From an uncultured Gemmatimonadota bacterium (GTDB taxonomy: Bacteria; SM23-81; DAOVCL01), in contig CAZVGK010000026.1 in the NCBI GenBank assembly GCA_964626665.1, positions 1-50,999 of the forward strand: DNA of 50,999 bases. Reading direction: 5' to 3'. Position 1 is the first letter of the stretch; the number at the start of each line of letters is the position of its first letter. This document shows, piece by piece, positions 17,669 to 28,293 of the stretch. The position numbers and the translations under genes were made by a program. The notes below the pieces were generated by a model. That model was not told the origin of the DNA. It saw only the letters and a program-made list of their open reading frames with translations, and did not search any database.

Positions 17669-17848
17669 CCGGGTTGAAGCCTCAGTGAGGCTATTCAGAT
17701 TGAGCGAGGGGACTGTCCCACCTTTGGGGGCGGCCCCTTCTCTGTTTTGTCGGTTGTTTTGCATTTTTAATAGACAGGGGAAAAGTGAATATTCCCCACT
17801 ATAAGAGGCGGAACTTATTTCTGAAGTAAAACAAGGGAAAGATTTTAC

Positions 17849-17877
17849 TTGACATGACTCATTGATAGGTTTACATT
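17849..17877 (+). promoter_or_regulatory. Sigma70-type promoter upstream of the OMP/CTD gene pair
   Basis: TTGACA-N17-TACATT. Confidence 0.55.
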
Positions 17878-17990
17878 GCTCCCTGATGTCTGATTATTGT
17901 TGCGTCTATTGGTCAGGGGGGCAGGGTTATTATGCTGCAAAATCATTTGCTGAGGGTTTTGAAATAGTTCTGTAAAGAGGCATAAAACCT

Positions 17991-18050
17991 CGGGTTCGAT
18001 AAATCGAACCCCTACAAAGGCTTGAGATGTAGGGGTCGGATTTATCCGAC
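17991..18050. repeat. GTAG-type REP doublet
   Basis: GGGTTCGATAAATCGAACCCCTACA...TGTAGGGGTCGGATTTATCCGAC. A similar doublet lies at 33034-33094. Confidence 0.75.
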
Positions 18051-18222
18051 TAGGATGAAGCATGAATTTGGTGATGAAAGCAAGAATTGCGGTCTGGAAT
18101 CCGTTGTGGAATAAGGGGTTCCAATATGCAAAAATCATTTGTTAGAAAGGAGGTGAAAATGCCGAACTAAGTTTATGATAGGGATTGGTAAAATCGTGTT
18201 ATTTTAACAAAAAGGAGAGGAA

Positions 18223-18804
18223 ATGAAAACGATAGTAAGAATTTTCGTTCTTGCGTTTTTTGTTGTTAGTTTCGTGGTTTCTGGTGGTATGGCTGCGGAT
18301 ATAGGTTTTAAAGGGGTGGGAGCCAGACTTGGTTTGGTGATGCCTGGGAATTCCCTTGATAATACCATTGGTTTTGGGGCGCATATTGACTTAGGCACCA
18401 TAATTCCCAACTTGAAAATTGAGGGAAGTATCGAATACTGGTCAGCAGGCTGGAAGCATGCTGGTTTTAGCGATGATTGGTCCTATGGAGATATCGCATT
18501 TCTGGGCACAACCAAATATATGTTCCCCTTGGCGGGTTCCCCTATCTCGCCTTACGCTGGAGGCGGTTTAGGCCTGCACCATTTTTCCTATGATACTTGG
18601 GATTTTAATCCGCAGACAATGCAACTTGAAAAGGGATCGGAGTCGAGCAATGAACTCGAGTTCCACTTCCTGGGAGGGGCAGAATATCCGATTTCCCCGC
18701 AAATAGCCGCCTTTGGTGAGGCCAAATATGTAGTTGGAGATCTGGATTATTTTGGTATTTACGGGGGGATCACCTACTATTTGGGAACTTCGGGGGGAGA
18801 GTGA
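18223..18804 (+). CDS. Outer-membrane beta-barrel protein (8-stranded OMP type)
   Basis: Signal peptide, SPYAGGGLGLH, FGEAKY and terminal strand GIYGGITYYL. Confidence 0.85.
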   Translation: MKTIVRIFVLAFFVVSFVVSGGMAADIGFKGVGARLGLVMPGNSLDNTIGFGAHIDLGTIIPNLKIEGSIEYWSAGWKHAGFSDDWSYGDIAFLGTTKYMFPLAGSPISPYAGGGLGLHHFSYDTWDFNPQTMQLEKGSESSNELEFHFLGGAEYPISPQIAAFGEAKYVVGDLDYFGIYGGITYYLGTSGGE

Positions 18805-18817
18805 TAGGGAGGAAACG

Positions 18818-19921
18818 ATGGGAAAAGCAGGTTTTTTTGGGATACTCCTCGGAGTAGCATACCTTGTCTTGACCGGCACATCCCAAGCCCAAATCGAAAT
18901 TACCTGGGATGAGTATAAGCTGGATGTGGGTACCCTCTTTGAACAGGAGTCGGCAGGGGATACGGTTGCTGTTGACCTTTGCAGCCCTGGAGGCCCGCAG
19001 ATTTGGGACTTTACCTCACAGGTTACCCCTATAGCAATAGGGTTTGAGGTTGTGAAGCCGGAGAGCACTCCCTTTGCCGGCGAATTTCCCTCGGCCAACT
19101 TCGTCATTCAAAGCTTCATACTTGATGGGGAAACCCAGTGGGACTATCATCAGGTTACACCAACCTACAGCGAGTTTCAAGGTTGGGGTTGGCAATATCC
19201 GGATACCTTGTTTTATAAGAAGTTCAGTCCTGCTGAAAGAATTCCCCTGCCGATAAGTTATGAGTCCTCGTACCACTATGAGTGGGGCTGGTCAGACACG
19301 ATAGAGGCTGGTCCCCCCCTGATACTCTCTTACTACAGCCTTCGAGGATATCAGGCGGTTGATGCCTACGGAACCGTAAAAATCCCTCTGCGGGAGTATG
19401 AAGTCCTCCGCCTATGCTCCTTTGATACCTGCACCACCGTTTTGACGAGTGGTGGAGACACAGTCTCGACCGTTACGACCACTTATATTAGCTACTCCTG
19501 GCTCTCAGAGGGTTTTGGTGGGGTTGTCGGTGTTGTCTCCTTCCCGGATGAGACGAACCCAAACTATACCCAAGCGCCCGATTTCAACAGGCTCAAATCG
19601 TTCAGCGGCATTGCCGATGGAGGACCGACATCCCTCCATCCTTGTGACTTCCGACTCGATCAGAACTACCCTAACCCCTTCAACCCAATGACGACAATAG
19701 AGTATGCCGTTCCAAACGAGGGGTTAGTCCGACTCAAGATTTATAATACTGCCGGTCAACTGGTAAAGACGCTTGTTGATGAGCTCAAAGTTCCTGGTAA
19801 TTATTCCGCAATCTGGGATGGGCGCAATGAGTCTGGTGCTCAGGTAGCAAGTGGGGTTTATCTCTACAAGTTAACCGCGGGAGGTAGCCAGATTGTGAGG
19901 AAAATGGTGATCTTGAGGTAG
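18818..19921 (+). CDS. Secreted protein with T9SS type A-like/FlgD-Ig C-terminal sorting domain
   Basis: Signal peptide and C-terminal LDQNYPNPFNP...IYNTAGQLVKTL...WDGRN...ASGVYLYKL...RKMVILR. Confidence 0.88.
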   Translation: MGKAGFFGILLGVAYLVLTGTSQAQIEITWDEYKLDVGTLFEQESAGDTVAVDLCSPGGPQIWDFTSQVTPIAIGFEVVKPESTPFAGEFPSANFVIQSFILDGETQWDYHQVTPTYSEFQGWGWQYPDTLFYKKFSPAERIPLPISYESSYHYEWGWSDTIEAGPPLILSYYSLRGYQAVDAYGTVKIPLREYEVLRLCSFDTCTTVLTSGGDTVSTVTTTYISYSWLSEGFGGVVGVVSFPDETNPNYTQAPDFNRLKSFSGIADGGPTSLHPCDFRLDQNYPNPFNPMTTIEYAVPNEGLVRLKIYNTAGQLVKTLVDELKVPGNYSAIWDGRNESGAQVASGVYLYKLTAGGSQIVRKMVILR

Positions 19922-19938
19922 TCAAAGTAGAAGCTTTG

Positions 19939-20060
19939 GAACACGAATGACACGAATAAACGAATCTACACGAATAGATAAGAAGGACATTCAGGTAGAA
20001 TATAAAAGAATTGTAAAATAGAATTCGTACTATTTGTCCATTTGTGGAATTCGTGTTCTA
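19939..20060. repeat. CACGAAT-rich palindromic repeat family
   Basis: GAACACGAATGAC...ACGAATAGATAA. Near-identical copies at 25809-25870 and, inverted, at 5753-5826. Confidence 0.75.
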
Positions 20061-20098
20061 AACGTAAGTAGCTGCAGGGAAATTAGTCAAGAGAGCAG

Positions 20099-20140
20099 GA
20101 ATCCCCACCTTTTCATTGAGAGAGGGTGGGGATTCTCTTT
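20099..20140 (+). terminator. Probable intrinsic terminator
   Basis: GAATCCCCACC/GGTGGGGATTC stem followed by TCTTT, downstream of the CTD protein gene. Confidence 0.5.
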
Positions 20141-20231
20141 AGAAATTCTATAGGGTAAGGGAATCTAAGACAGTTGGGGATGATAACATCCCCAACGAGC
20201 AAGTGACAGTTGGGTAAGAAAATCCTTACCC

Positions 20232-20260
20232 TTGACATCCAGAAACTATTTCTTTATCTT
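20232..20260 (+). promoter_or_regulatory. Sigma70-type promoter
   Basis: TTGACA-N17-TATCTT upstream of the ABC-class ATPase. Confidence 0.55.
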
Positions 20261-20355
20261 TTTGAGGAAGACATTCTTGATGTGGGAGGTATCTCCTGAT
20301 GCCGATAGTCGAGGTCGGGAGACCTCTTCTATAAGCCAATCAGTTTTAAGGGAGA

Positions 20356-22071
20356 GTGAGCTTGTCGAACAAGGAGAGGTTACGGGACATATTGAGGAGA
20401 ATTGAGGGGAGGGGATACAAGGCCTACAAGGACATTGAGGGAAGCTACGACTTTGGGGAATACATCCTGCTTATTGACCATGTGCAGGGGGATCCATTCG
20501 CTGCTCCCAGCAGATTCCGGGTCAAAGTTCCCCAGAGGATAGCCGGTTACCCTGCGGATACTTATACGGAGGGAAGCAGAAGGATTGCCCTGGGGGACTA
20601 CCTGACCAGGGTCTTCTGGGAGAAATGCCGCCGCTATTGTCGCGGGATTAGAGGAACGGGCAAAAGTGGCCTGGTGGATATAGACCATCCTGGACAGGAG
20701 ATACTGGAGAGGACTTCAGTGATGGTCGATGCTAGCTGGGTTGAGGCCCGCTTCTTTGTGGGGCTACCTGCTGCCGGGAGGAGGATATTGGGCAGAGAGG
20801 CCTATCACATCTTCTTTGAGGAGATTCCCCAGGTGGTCAGGGACTCCCTGCTCTACTCCCGAAACCCCAGGGATGAGCTCTACCGTCATATAAAGTCGGC
20901 CCAAGATCAGGATTTTCTCAGAACCAAGCTGAATGAGCTGGGGCTTGCCGCCTTCATCGCCGATGGAAGCATCCTTCCCCGGGCCAGTGGAGTTGATGAC
21001 CGTCCCCTGACCAAAGGAAAAGTGGTAGCCTTCCGCTCTCCCCTCTCTCTAAAGATAGAAGTTCAACTGCCTTATAGGGGAAAGGTGGAGGGGATGGGAA
21101 TACCTAAGGGGGTTACCCTCATAGTTGGGGGGGGCTATCACGGCAAATCAACTCTCCTCAATGCTATCCAATTAGGGGTTTATAACCATATACCAGGGGA
21201 CGGAAGGGGACTTGTGGTCACTGCTCCACAGGCGATCAAGATCAGAGCCGAGGATGGCAGGAGGGTGGAGAAGGTGGATATAAGCCCGTTTATCAACAAC
21301 CTCCCTTTTGGCAAGAAGACAGATCGTTTCTCCTCAGAAGATGCCAGCGGGAGCACCTCCCAGGCGGCCAACATTATGGAGGCCTTGGAGTTGGGGGCCA
21401 CCTTGCTTCTGATCGATGAGGACACCTCCGCCACCAATTTTATGATCAGGGACCACCGCATGCAGGAGCTGGTGGCCAAGGCCAAGGAGCCCATTACCCC
21501 CTTTATTGACAAGGTCGGCCAGCTCTTCTCGGAGAGGGGGGTGTCGACGATACTCGTCCTGGGTGGCTCCGGCGACTACTTTGATGTGGCCCATAAGGTA
21601 GTGATGATGGAGGATTATCTCCCCCGGGATGTTACCCAGAAGGCTGAGGAGATTGCCTCCAAATACAGGGCGGAAAGGAGGATGGAAGGGGGGAGTTCCT
21701 TTGGCCAGGTGAGGCCCAGGGTTCCCTTGCCCGTTTCGCTCGATCCCTCACGGGGGAGAAGGGAAGTGAAGGTCGATGTTAAAGGATTAAAACAGATCCT
21801 CTTTGGCCGCAGCCTTATTGATCTTTCCTCCTTAGAGCAGCTTGTGGATCAATCACAAACCACGGCCATCGGGGCCATTATCCTCTACTGCCGAAACAGG
21901 TTAATGGATGGGAAGAGATCCTTGGACGAGGTCCTCAGCCTAATGGAAAGGGAGATCGAAGAGAACGGGCTAGACAGCTTAAGTCTCAGGCACTTAGGTA
22001 ACTACGCCCGGCCGCGGATGTTAGAGGTGGGAGGGGCGATAAACAGGTTGAGAACCTTGATTATGAAGTAG
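20356..22071 (+). CDS. Predicted ATPase of the ABC class (ABC_ATPase / MRB1590-like family)
   Basis: [13 protein letters not shown]-domain, Walker [20 protein letters not shown] and Walker [18 protein letters not shown]. Confidence 0.88.
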   Translation: MSLSNKERLRDILRRIEGRGYKAYKDIEGSYDFGEYILLIDHVQGDPFAAPSRFRVKVPQRIAGYPADTYTEGSRRIALGDYLTRVFWEKCRRYCRGIRGTGKSGLVDIDHPGQEILERTSVMVDASWVEARFFVGLPAAGRRILGREAYHIFFEEIPQVVRDSLLYSRNPRDELYRHIKSAQDQDFLRTKLNELGLAAFIADGSILPRASGVDDRPLTKGKVVAFRSPLSLKIEVQLPYRGKVEGMGIPKGVTLIVGGGYHGKSTLLNAIQLGVYNHIPGDGRGLVVTAPQAIKIRAEDGRRVEKVDISPFINNLPFGKKTDRFSSEDASGSTSQAANIMEALELGATLLLIDEDTSATNFMIRDHRMQELVAKAKEPITPFIDKVGQLFSERGVSTILVLGGSGDYFDVAHKVVMMEDYLPRDVTQKAEEIASKYRAERRMEGGSSFGQVRPRVPLPVSLDPSRGRREVKVDVKGLKQILFGRSLIDLSSLEQLVDQSQTTAIGAIILYCRNRLMDGKRSLDEVLSLMEREIEENGLDSLSLRHLGNYARPRMLEVGGAINRLRTLIMK

Positions 22072-22086
22072 GCACTCAGAAAAAAC

Positions 22087-22115
22087 TTGCTCACCTCAAG
22101 CGAGGATGTTATATT
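22087..22115 (+). promoter_or_regulatory. Sigma70-type promoter (extended -10) for the rpmE operon
   Basis: TTGCTC-N17-TATATT with TGn before the -10 box. Confidence 0.55.
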
Positions 22116-22145
22116 AAGAGGAAAAGATACCAGAGGAGGAATCAG

Positions 22146-22352
22146 TTGAAAAAGGGAATACACCCAAAGTACTTTGAGACAACGATCACCTGTGCCTGTG
22201 GGAATGTGATCCATACCCGTTCCACGGTAAAGGATATAAAGGTGGAGATCTGCTCCAAGTGTCATCCCTTCTTCACCGGAAAGCAGAAGCTGGTAGACAC
22301 CGCCGGGAGGGTAGAGAGATTTAGGAAGAAATATGGCCTTAAGGAAAGTTGA
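22146..22352 (+). CDS. rpmE: 50S ribosomal protein L31 (zinc-binding type)
   Basis: MKKGIHPKY...CACG...[28 protein letters not shown] start after AGGAGG. Confidence 0.97.
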   Translation: MKKGIHPKYFETTITCACGNVIHTRSTVKDIKVEICSKCHPFFTGKQKLVDTAGRVERFRKKYGLKES

Positions 22353-23041
22353 AGGTAAGGCTTCTCACCTACACCCCTCACCCCATAAAGGCAGTCTTCA
22401 CCGCAGCCAGGAGCTGTTATTCACCGGCTACCCCAACGGAGATCTGGAATTTAGGTACCCCCAAGGAGAGGATGCATTCCCTCATAGACAAGGTGATTGG
22501 GGCAGGTCATCTATCCGTTTTAGAGCATATCAGCCTTACCTTCTCCATTGAGGGGATATCCAGGTCCTGTTCCCATCAGCTTGTGCGCCATCGTTTGGCC
22601 AGCTTCAGCCAGCAGAGTCAGAGGCATGTAAAGGTTAAAGAGGGGGAGTGGGTGATCCCCCCTTCGATTGAAGTCAACCGTGCAGCTTGGGAGATATTCC
22701 AATCCACCCTAAAGGGGGTGCAAAGCTCCTATGAGAGGCTTATGGAGATGGGGGTTCACCCCGAGGATGCCCGCTACCTACTTCCCAATGCCACTAAAAC
22801 AAATTTGGTGATGACCATGAACCTGCGGGAACTCTATACCGTCTCCGAGCTTCGGCTCTGCACCAAAGCCCAATGGGAGATCAGGGGGGTTTTTGGGGCC
22901 ATAAGGGAAGAGCTAACAAAGGTGGAGGACCTGAAGGGCTTTGCCACTTACCTGCAGCCCATATGCTTTCACCTTGGCTATTGCCCAGAGCCCAAGTCCT
23001 GTGGCCTCTTCCCGGTCAAGGGGGACTCAACTATCAGTTAG
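22349..23041 (+). CDS. thyX: FAD-dependent thymidylate synthase
   Basis: [25 protein letters not shown] (RHRx7S), EDARYLLP and [12 protein letters not shown] motifs. Confidence 0.95.
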   Translation: MKVRLLTYTPHPIKAVFTAARSCYSPATPTEIWNLGTPKERMHSLIDKVIGAGHLSVLEHISLTFSIEGISRSCSHQLVRHRLASFSQQSQRHVKVKEGEWVIPPSIEVNRAAWEIFQSTLKGVQSSYERLMEMGVHPEDARYLLPNATKTNLVMTMNLRELYTVSELRLCTKAQWEIRGVFGAIREELTKVEDLKGFATYLQPICFHLGYCPEPKSCGLFPVKGDSTIS

Positions 23042-23292
23042 CCTCCTTTGAGGGGTTTTCTTAGACAGGATGACAGGATTTACTGGATTTTTATTTATCT
23101 AGACTCCTTCATAAGGCAAGATCTTAAAATTTGTGTCAAGTTTTGAAGGAAGAAAGAGCTAGACAACGAGCTTAGATCCAGGTCCTCGCCTTCAGGTTTT
23201 TTCATTCTTAATTCTACGTTTTACATTCGAAGCTTCGCCCAGTTTATACTGCCATAGCTTGTGTTTTGAGGTGAAGCTTCGCTGAGGAGAGT

Positions 23293-24216
23293 ATGAAAGA
23301 GCTTAAATCAGTAGGTGGACAGGCAGTAATTGAGGGGGTGATGATGCGATCCCCGGAGAGGGTTTCCACTGCGGTGAGGAGGAAAAATGGGAAGATCCTT
23401 GTCAAAAATGAGGATTATGTTTCCCTAACTAAGAGATACAAAGCTTTGGGATGGCCCGTTCTGCGGGGGGTAGTTGTCTTCTTGGAGACTTTGATAATTG
23501 GGGTAAAAACCCTCAACTTCTCAGCGGATGTTGCCCTCCAGGAGGATGACGAGGAATACTCTCCGAAGAAAAGGAGCAGGTCCAACAGTCTCATCTTAGG
23601 GGGGACCCTTCTCTTGGCCGTAGGTTTGGGGTTGGTGATCTTCTTTTTTGCTCCTCTCCTTTTGGTTAGCCTGCTCGAGGCCAAAACCAACCCCCTGCTC
23701 TTCAACTTGATAGTGGGACTCATCAGGATTGGCTTCTTTATCGCTTATGTTTGGTTGATCTCCCTCTTCGGGGAGTTGCGGAGGATCTTTGAATATCATG
23801 GGGCTGAGCATAAGTCAATCTTTGCCTATGAAGCAGGGGAGGAGCTAACAGCAGAAAACGCCCTTAAATATAGCACCAAGCACCCCCGGTGTGGGACAAG
23901 TTTCCTCTTTATAGTAGCCATTTTGGCCATATTGGTCTTTATCTTTGGTGATACCTTCTTTGTTTGCCTCTATGGCCACCTTCCCAGCCTGCCCCAGAGG
24001 TTGGTCTATCATCTCCTCCTTGTCCCCCTTATTGCTGGCAGCTCCTATGAGCTTTTACGGCTCACCGGTAAGAGGAGGGGACTGCTTGTTAGCCTTCTTT
24101 CTGCGCCGGGTCTCTGGCTGCAGAGGATAACCACCAAGGAGCCCAGCCCGGAACAGTTGGAGGTGGCTATGGTAGCCTTAAAGGAATCCCTTTTCATCCG
24201 CACAACTGATGATTGA
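23293..24216 (+). CDS. DUF1385 domain membrane protein
   Basis: [22 protein letters not shown] and HPRCGTSF motifs, in the usual rpmE-prfA context. Confidence 0.92.
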   Translation: MKELKSVGGQAVIEGVMMRSPERVSTAVRRKNGKILVKNEDYVSLTKRYKALGWPVLRGVVVFLETLIIGVKTLNFSADVALQEDDEEYSPKKRSRSNSLILGGTLLLAVGLGLVIFFFAPLLLVSLLEAKTNPLLFNLIVGLIRIGFFIAYVWLISLFGELRRIFEYHGAEHKSIFAYEAGEELTAENALKYSTKHPRCGTSFLFIVAILAILVFIFGDTFFVCLYGHLPSLPQRLVYHLLLVPLIAGSSYELLRLTGKRRGLLVSLLSAPGLWLQRITTKEPSPEQLEVAMVALKESLFIRTTDD

Positions 24217-25285
24217 GAGGATTAGAGAGCTTAAGAAAAGGGCAAAGGAGCTGGAAGGTTTCCTCTCTGATCCGCAAACCCTGAGGGACCAGCCCAAGTA
24301 TCGTAAGTTGGCCAAGGAACACGGGGAGATCGAGAAAATCCTGAAGGTAGGAAGACAGTATGAGGAGACACTCAAGCTCATTAAGGATGATCAGGCCATT
24401 TTGGAGGCCTCTGCTGATGAGGAACTGAGGCAGATGGCTAAACAGGAGCTTGAGGAGTTAGCCCCTCAGCTTGCTGGCTTAGAGGGGAGCTTAAGGGAGC
24501 TGCTCACCCCCGCCGATCCGCTGGATGGGAGGGATGTGATAATGGAGATAAGGGCTGGGGTAGGGGGAGAGGAGGCTGGGCTCTTTGCTGCGGACCTCTA
24601 CAAGATGTACTCCAAATATGCGGAGAGGTTGGGCTGGAAGGTGGAGGTAATGAACACAAGCACGACAGAGATGGGTGGATTTAAGGAGATAATATTCTCC
24701 ATGGAAGGGGATGGGGTTTACGGGGAGTTAAAGTTTGAAAGCGGCGTGCATCGGGTACAAAGGGTTCCCCTCACCGAGTCGGGGGGAAGGGTGCATACCT
24801 CTGCTGCCTCTGTGGTGGTTTTGCCGGAAGCTGAGGAGGTTGAGGTGGAGTTGAAGCCCGAGGAGTTGAAGATCGATGTTTACCGCTCTTCAGGGCCGGG
24901 TGGCCAGAGCGTAAACACCACGGATTCCGCGGTGAGGATAACCTATCTGCCCACTGGGCTGGTGGTCACCTGTCAGGATGAGAAGTCACAACACAAAAAC
25001 AGAGCTAAGGCTTTAAGGGTTCTGCGGGCCCGGCTTTTAGATGTAAAGCAGAGGGAACAGCAGGAGAGCATTTCCCAAAAGAGGAAGCTACAGGTGGGGA
25101 CTGGGGATAGATCCGCCAAGATAAGGACCTACAACTTCCCCCAGGGGCGGGTAACCGATCACCGCATAGGCGTTACCTGGCACAGGCTGGAGGGGATTCT
25201 GGCTGGTGGTTTGGAGGAGGTCTCCGCCACCTTAAAGAAGGCTGATCTCCAGGAAAAGATAGAATATGGCCACAGCGGAGGATAA
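24209..25285 (+). CDS. prfA: Peptide chain release factor 1
   Basis: [14 protein letters not shown] (PxT motif), [16 protein letters not shown] and [16 protein letters not shown]. Confidence 0.97.
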   Translation: MIERIRELKKRAKELEGFLSDPQTLRDQPKYRKLAKEHGEIEKILKVGRQYEETLKLIKDDQAILEASADEELRQMAKQELEELAPQLAGLEGSLRELLTPADPLDGRDVIMEIRAGVGGEEAGLFAADLYKMYSKYAERLGWKVEVMNTSTTEMGGFKEIIFSMEGDGVYGELKFESGVHRVQRVPLTESGGRVHTSAASVVVLPEAEEVEVELKPEELKIDVYRSSGPGGQSVNTTDSAVRITYLPTGLVVTCQDEKSQHKNRAKALRVLRARLLDVKQREQQESISQKRKLQVGTGDRSAKIRTYNFPQGRVTDHRIGVTWHRLEGILAGGLEEVSATLKKADLQEKIEYGHSGG

Positions 25286-25799
25286 GAAGAGGGAGCCTAC
25301 CTCCCTGCCGATGAGCACTCAGGTTAGGTTGCTGTTGGGTTTTTACCTGCTGGGTTTACTAATCGTTCTCCTCTATTTGTTGATCACCACCTGGCCGGAG
25401 ATGGGGGAAGCAACCAGCCTATCTATATTTGGGTTGAGGTTGGGTAGGGAGGGAAGGATCCTGTTTCTGGTCTCCTTCGCTGGCGGTTTGGGAGCCTGTA
25501 TCCACGGGGCCACATCGTTCATCTACTTCTGCGGCAAGGGCCAGTTGTTTAGGTCCTGGGGTTGGTGGTATATATTTCGGCCATTCATTGGGGCCGGCTT
25601 AGCGGCCATCGTCTATGCTGCCCTGCGGGGCTCCCTCCTCACGGCACGGATGAACCCTGAGGATATGAACATCTTCGGTGTAGTTGCCATTGCCGGGTTG
25701 AGTGGGATGTTCTCCAAACAGGCGGTGGAGAAACTCCGCCAGATCTTTGATGTCCTCTTGGCCAAATTCTCCGAGACAGAGGAGAGGGCAGATACCTGA
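25266..25799 (+). CDS. Hypothetical membrane protein with about 4 TM helices
   Basis: Hydrophobic segments with [23 protein letters not shown] and [11 protein letters not shown]. Overlaps the prfA stop. Confidence 0.75.
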   Translation: MATAEDKKREPTSLPMSTQVRLLLGFYLLGLLIVLLYLLITTWPEMGEATSLSIFGLRLGREGRILFLVSFAGGLGACIHGATSFIYFCGKGQLFRSWGWWYIFRPFIGAGLAAIVYAALRGSLLTARMNPEDMNIFGVVAIAGLSGMFSKQAVEKLRQIFDVLLAKFSETEERADT

Positions 25800-25997
25800 T
25801 CTGACCGCATAGAACACGAATGACCCAAATAAACGAATCCAAAACGAATAGGTAAATTTACCGCGGAACTACAAAGTTTACCACAGAAATTCACGGAAAA
25901 AAAGCTAAGAATTAAAAATGAGGTTTGTGCTGGTCATTCGTGACCCCTGTCTTTCTGTGCCAGTCCGTGGTTGTCCGTGGTGAATTATTGTAAAGAT

Positions 25998-27578
25998 ATG
26001 TATCCTCCAAATCTCTATAGTAGCTTAGAAGTCAACTCCCCACTAAGGATTCATCTCTCCGGTGTGCTCCCCGGGGGGCAGGAGTATGAGAGTCAGGTCT
26101 TGGGGATAGGGGCAGACGGAATTAAGGTGGCCGCTCCCCAGGAGGAAGGGAGGTTGATTTCCATAGCAGTGGGTAGCCCCTTAACCGCCAGTTTTGCCCG
26201 GGATGAGGCCTTTTATCTCTTCGAGTCGGAGGTCGTCAGATACCAGAAGGAACCGACCCCTTTTCTTCTCCTCTCCAGCGATAAGTTGTTGATGAGAAGG
26301 ATTCAACGCAGAGATCACTTTCGTTTAAAGACAAGCATTTTAGTAAAATGTAGGCCGTTGAAAAGTCCGCAAAGGGAGGGAATCAAGTGGACGCGGGATA
26401 TAAGTGGTCAGGGGGTGTTCCTTTTAGACTTTTCCCTTGACGAGGTGAAGGTGGGAGATCGGTTGCAGTTGAGGATATTTCTCTCCCCAGAGCGCCCCCC
26501 CCTCACCCTGAATGGAGAGGTCACTAGGTTGACCGAAATAGGGAGTGGCCGTTGGGGGGCAGGGGTGAAGTTCCTTTCCTTGGATGAAGGAGGTCAGGAT
26601 ACCCTGGTTAGATCCCTCTATGAAATCGATCAAATCCAGAGGGGTATGCACCCTGATGCTTTGATTGGGGAGAGCCCCAAGATGAGGACACTTTATGAGT
26701 TGATCAATGATGCAGCAAAAAGCGAAAGCACTGTTATGATTCAAGGAGAGAGTGGTACCGGAAAGGAGCTTGTGGCCAGGGCTATCCATTACTCCAGCCC
26801 CCGGAGCCGGCATCCCTTCATTCCCGTAAACTGTGGCTCTATCGTGGAAAATCTCTTGGAGTCGGAGTTATTCGGACATAAGAAGGGGGCATTTACCGGG
26901 GCGGTGTCCGATCATCAGGGCATATTTAAGTCGGCGGAAGCGGGGACCGTGTTCTTAGATGAGGTTGTGGAGATAAAGCCAGCCCTGCAGGTGAAGCTTC
27001 TCCGTTCCCTCCAGGAGAGGGAGATAAGGCCGGTGGGGAGCAGCAAGAAGGAGAAAATCGATGTGCGGATCGTGGCGGCCACCAACAGAAATTTAGAGAG
27101 GGCTGTGCTCGATGGCAACCTGAGGGAGGATTTTTTCTATCGGCTTTATGTTATCCCCATTATCGTCCCTCCCTTGCGGGAACGCAAGGAGGACATTCCC
27201 CTCTTGGTTGATCACTTCATCAGAACCTTGAGCCAGCGAGCGAAGAGGCAAGTGGCTGGAATAACGCCTCAGGCCTTGGAGCTTCTTTTGGCCTATAATT
27301 GGCCCGGCAATGTAAGGGAATTAGAGAATACTATAGAGCGGGTAATGGCCTTGGGTAAGGGGGAATTGATAGAGGTGGAGGATCTTCCTCGTCAGATAAC
27401 TAAGGCTAAAGGGGGGGCAGTTTCGGTTCCTAACTTTCCCACCCTCAAGGAGAGCGAGAGGGAGCTGATCAAAAGGACATTGGAATATGTAAAGGGGAAC
27501 AAGTCCCAGGCAGCAAGGATGTTGGATATAGATAGGAAAACCCTCTACCGCAAGATAAAGAGTTATGGGTTAACCTAA
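25998..27578 (+). CDS. Sigma54-dependent enhancer-binding protein with N-terminal YcgR-like + PilZ domains
   Basis: QRRDHFR (RxxxR) and DISGQG (DxSxxG) PilZ motifs. AAA+ motifs GESGTGKE, ESELFGHKKGAFTGA, VFLDE and WPGNVREL. Fis-type HTH NKSQAARMLDIDRKTLYRK. Confidence 0.92.
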   Translation: MYPPNLYSSLEVNSPLRIHLSGVLPGGQEYESQVLGIGADGIKVAAPQEEGRLISIAVGSPLTASFARDEAFYLFESEVVRYQKEPTPFLLLSSDKLLMRRIQRRDHFRLKTSILVKCRPLKSPQREGIKWTRDISGQGVFLLDFSLDEVKVGDRLQLRIFLSPERPPLTLNGEVTRLTEIGSGRWGAGVKFLSLDEGGQDTLVRSLYEIDQIQRGMHPDALIGESPKMRTLYELINDAAKSESTVMIQGESGTGKELVARAIHYSSPRSRHPFIPVNCGSIVENLLESELFGHKKGAFTGAVSDHQGIFKSAEAGTVFLDEVVEIKPALQVKLLRSLQEREIRPVGSSKKEKIDVRIVAATNRNLERAVLDGNLREDFFYRLYVIPIIVPPLRERKEDIPLLVDHFIRTLSQRAKRQVAGITPQALELLLAYNWPGNVRELENTIERVMALGKGELIEVEDLPRQITKAKGGAVSVPNFPTLKESERELIKRTLEYVKGNKSQAARMLDIDRKTLYRKIKSYGLT

Positions 27579-27684
27579 TACCAATTTTTGGGTAAAAGCG
27601 AAGCGACAGAACCCCTGTTCTTATCGTTTGGCCATCCGCATGAAGCGCAAGATCTCCGCGGCGCCCTGAGAATGAGGAATATCT

Positions 27685-28029
27685 CTAAGTCTTTGGGTGA
27701 AAGCTTCTCAGTGCCTCCTCCCTGTTTTTGTAGATTTCAAATATTTTGGTGAGGCCAGCCATCTGTAAGGTCTTTCTTACCTGAGGTTCCAGGCTACTTA
27801 GCTTGAGATCCCCGTTTTTATCCTTCAGACTGATGAGAGAGGTAATTAAGGCCCCAATGCCCGCGGTATCCACGAAGGGAACATCGTTAAAATCGATGAC
27901 TATCTCCTTGCATCCTTTGCCCATCTCTTCTCCTATAATCTTCTCCAGGGTTCTGCTGCTGCTCAGATCCAATTCACCCTGGGGGGAAAGAATAGACACC
28001 TCGTTAATATTGGTTACCTCGATCTTCAT
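27685..28029 (-). CDS. STAS domain anti-sigma factor antagonist (RsbV/SpoIIAA family)
   Basis: GELDL...IVIDFNDVPFVDTAGIGAL; Thr at the phosphoacceptor position. Confidence 0.92.
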   Translation of the reverse strand: MKIEVTNINEVSILSPQGELDLSSSRTLEKIIGEEMGKGCKEIVIDFNDVPFVDTAGIGALITSLISLKDKNGDLKLSSLEPQVRKTLQMAGLTKIFEIYKNREEALRSFHPKT

Positions 28030-28200
28030 CTTACTCCTTAACCCTGCCTATCAACGGATTATGCGTTGGGAAACCACGAGATTATCACAAGATATTCAAA
28101 ATAAAGCACTCACAAAATTGAGTTTAAATTCCTCGTTCACCTAAAAGGTGAAAGCCTATATTCTTGAAGGTTCTTATATAATCTGTGAAAATCCGTGTCC

Positions 28201-28265
28201 ACCCCGTTAAATACTTTAGAAATAGGCATCATTACATTCTTAAGATGGCTTTTATTTAACGGGGT
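28201..28265. repeat. Short inverted-repeat element RCCCCGTTA...TAACGGGGY (family C)
   Basis: Three copies with conserved ends and unrelated AT-rich interiors: 28201-28265, 37200-37261 and 47959-48027. Confidence 0.8.
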
Positions 28266-28293
28266 CCATCTGTGGTTTATGCATATTTTGGGA

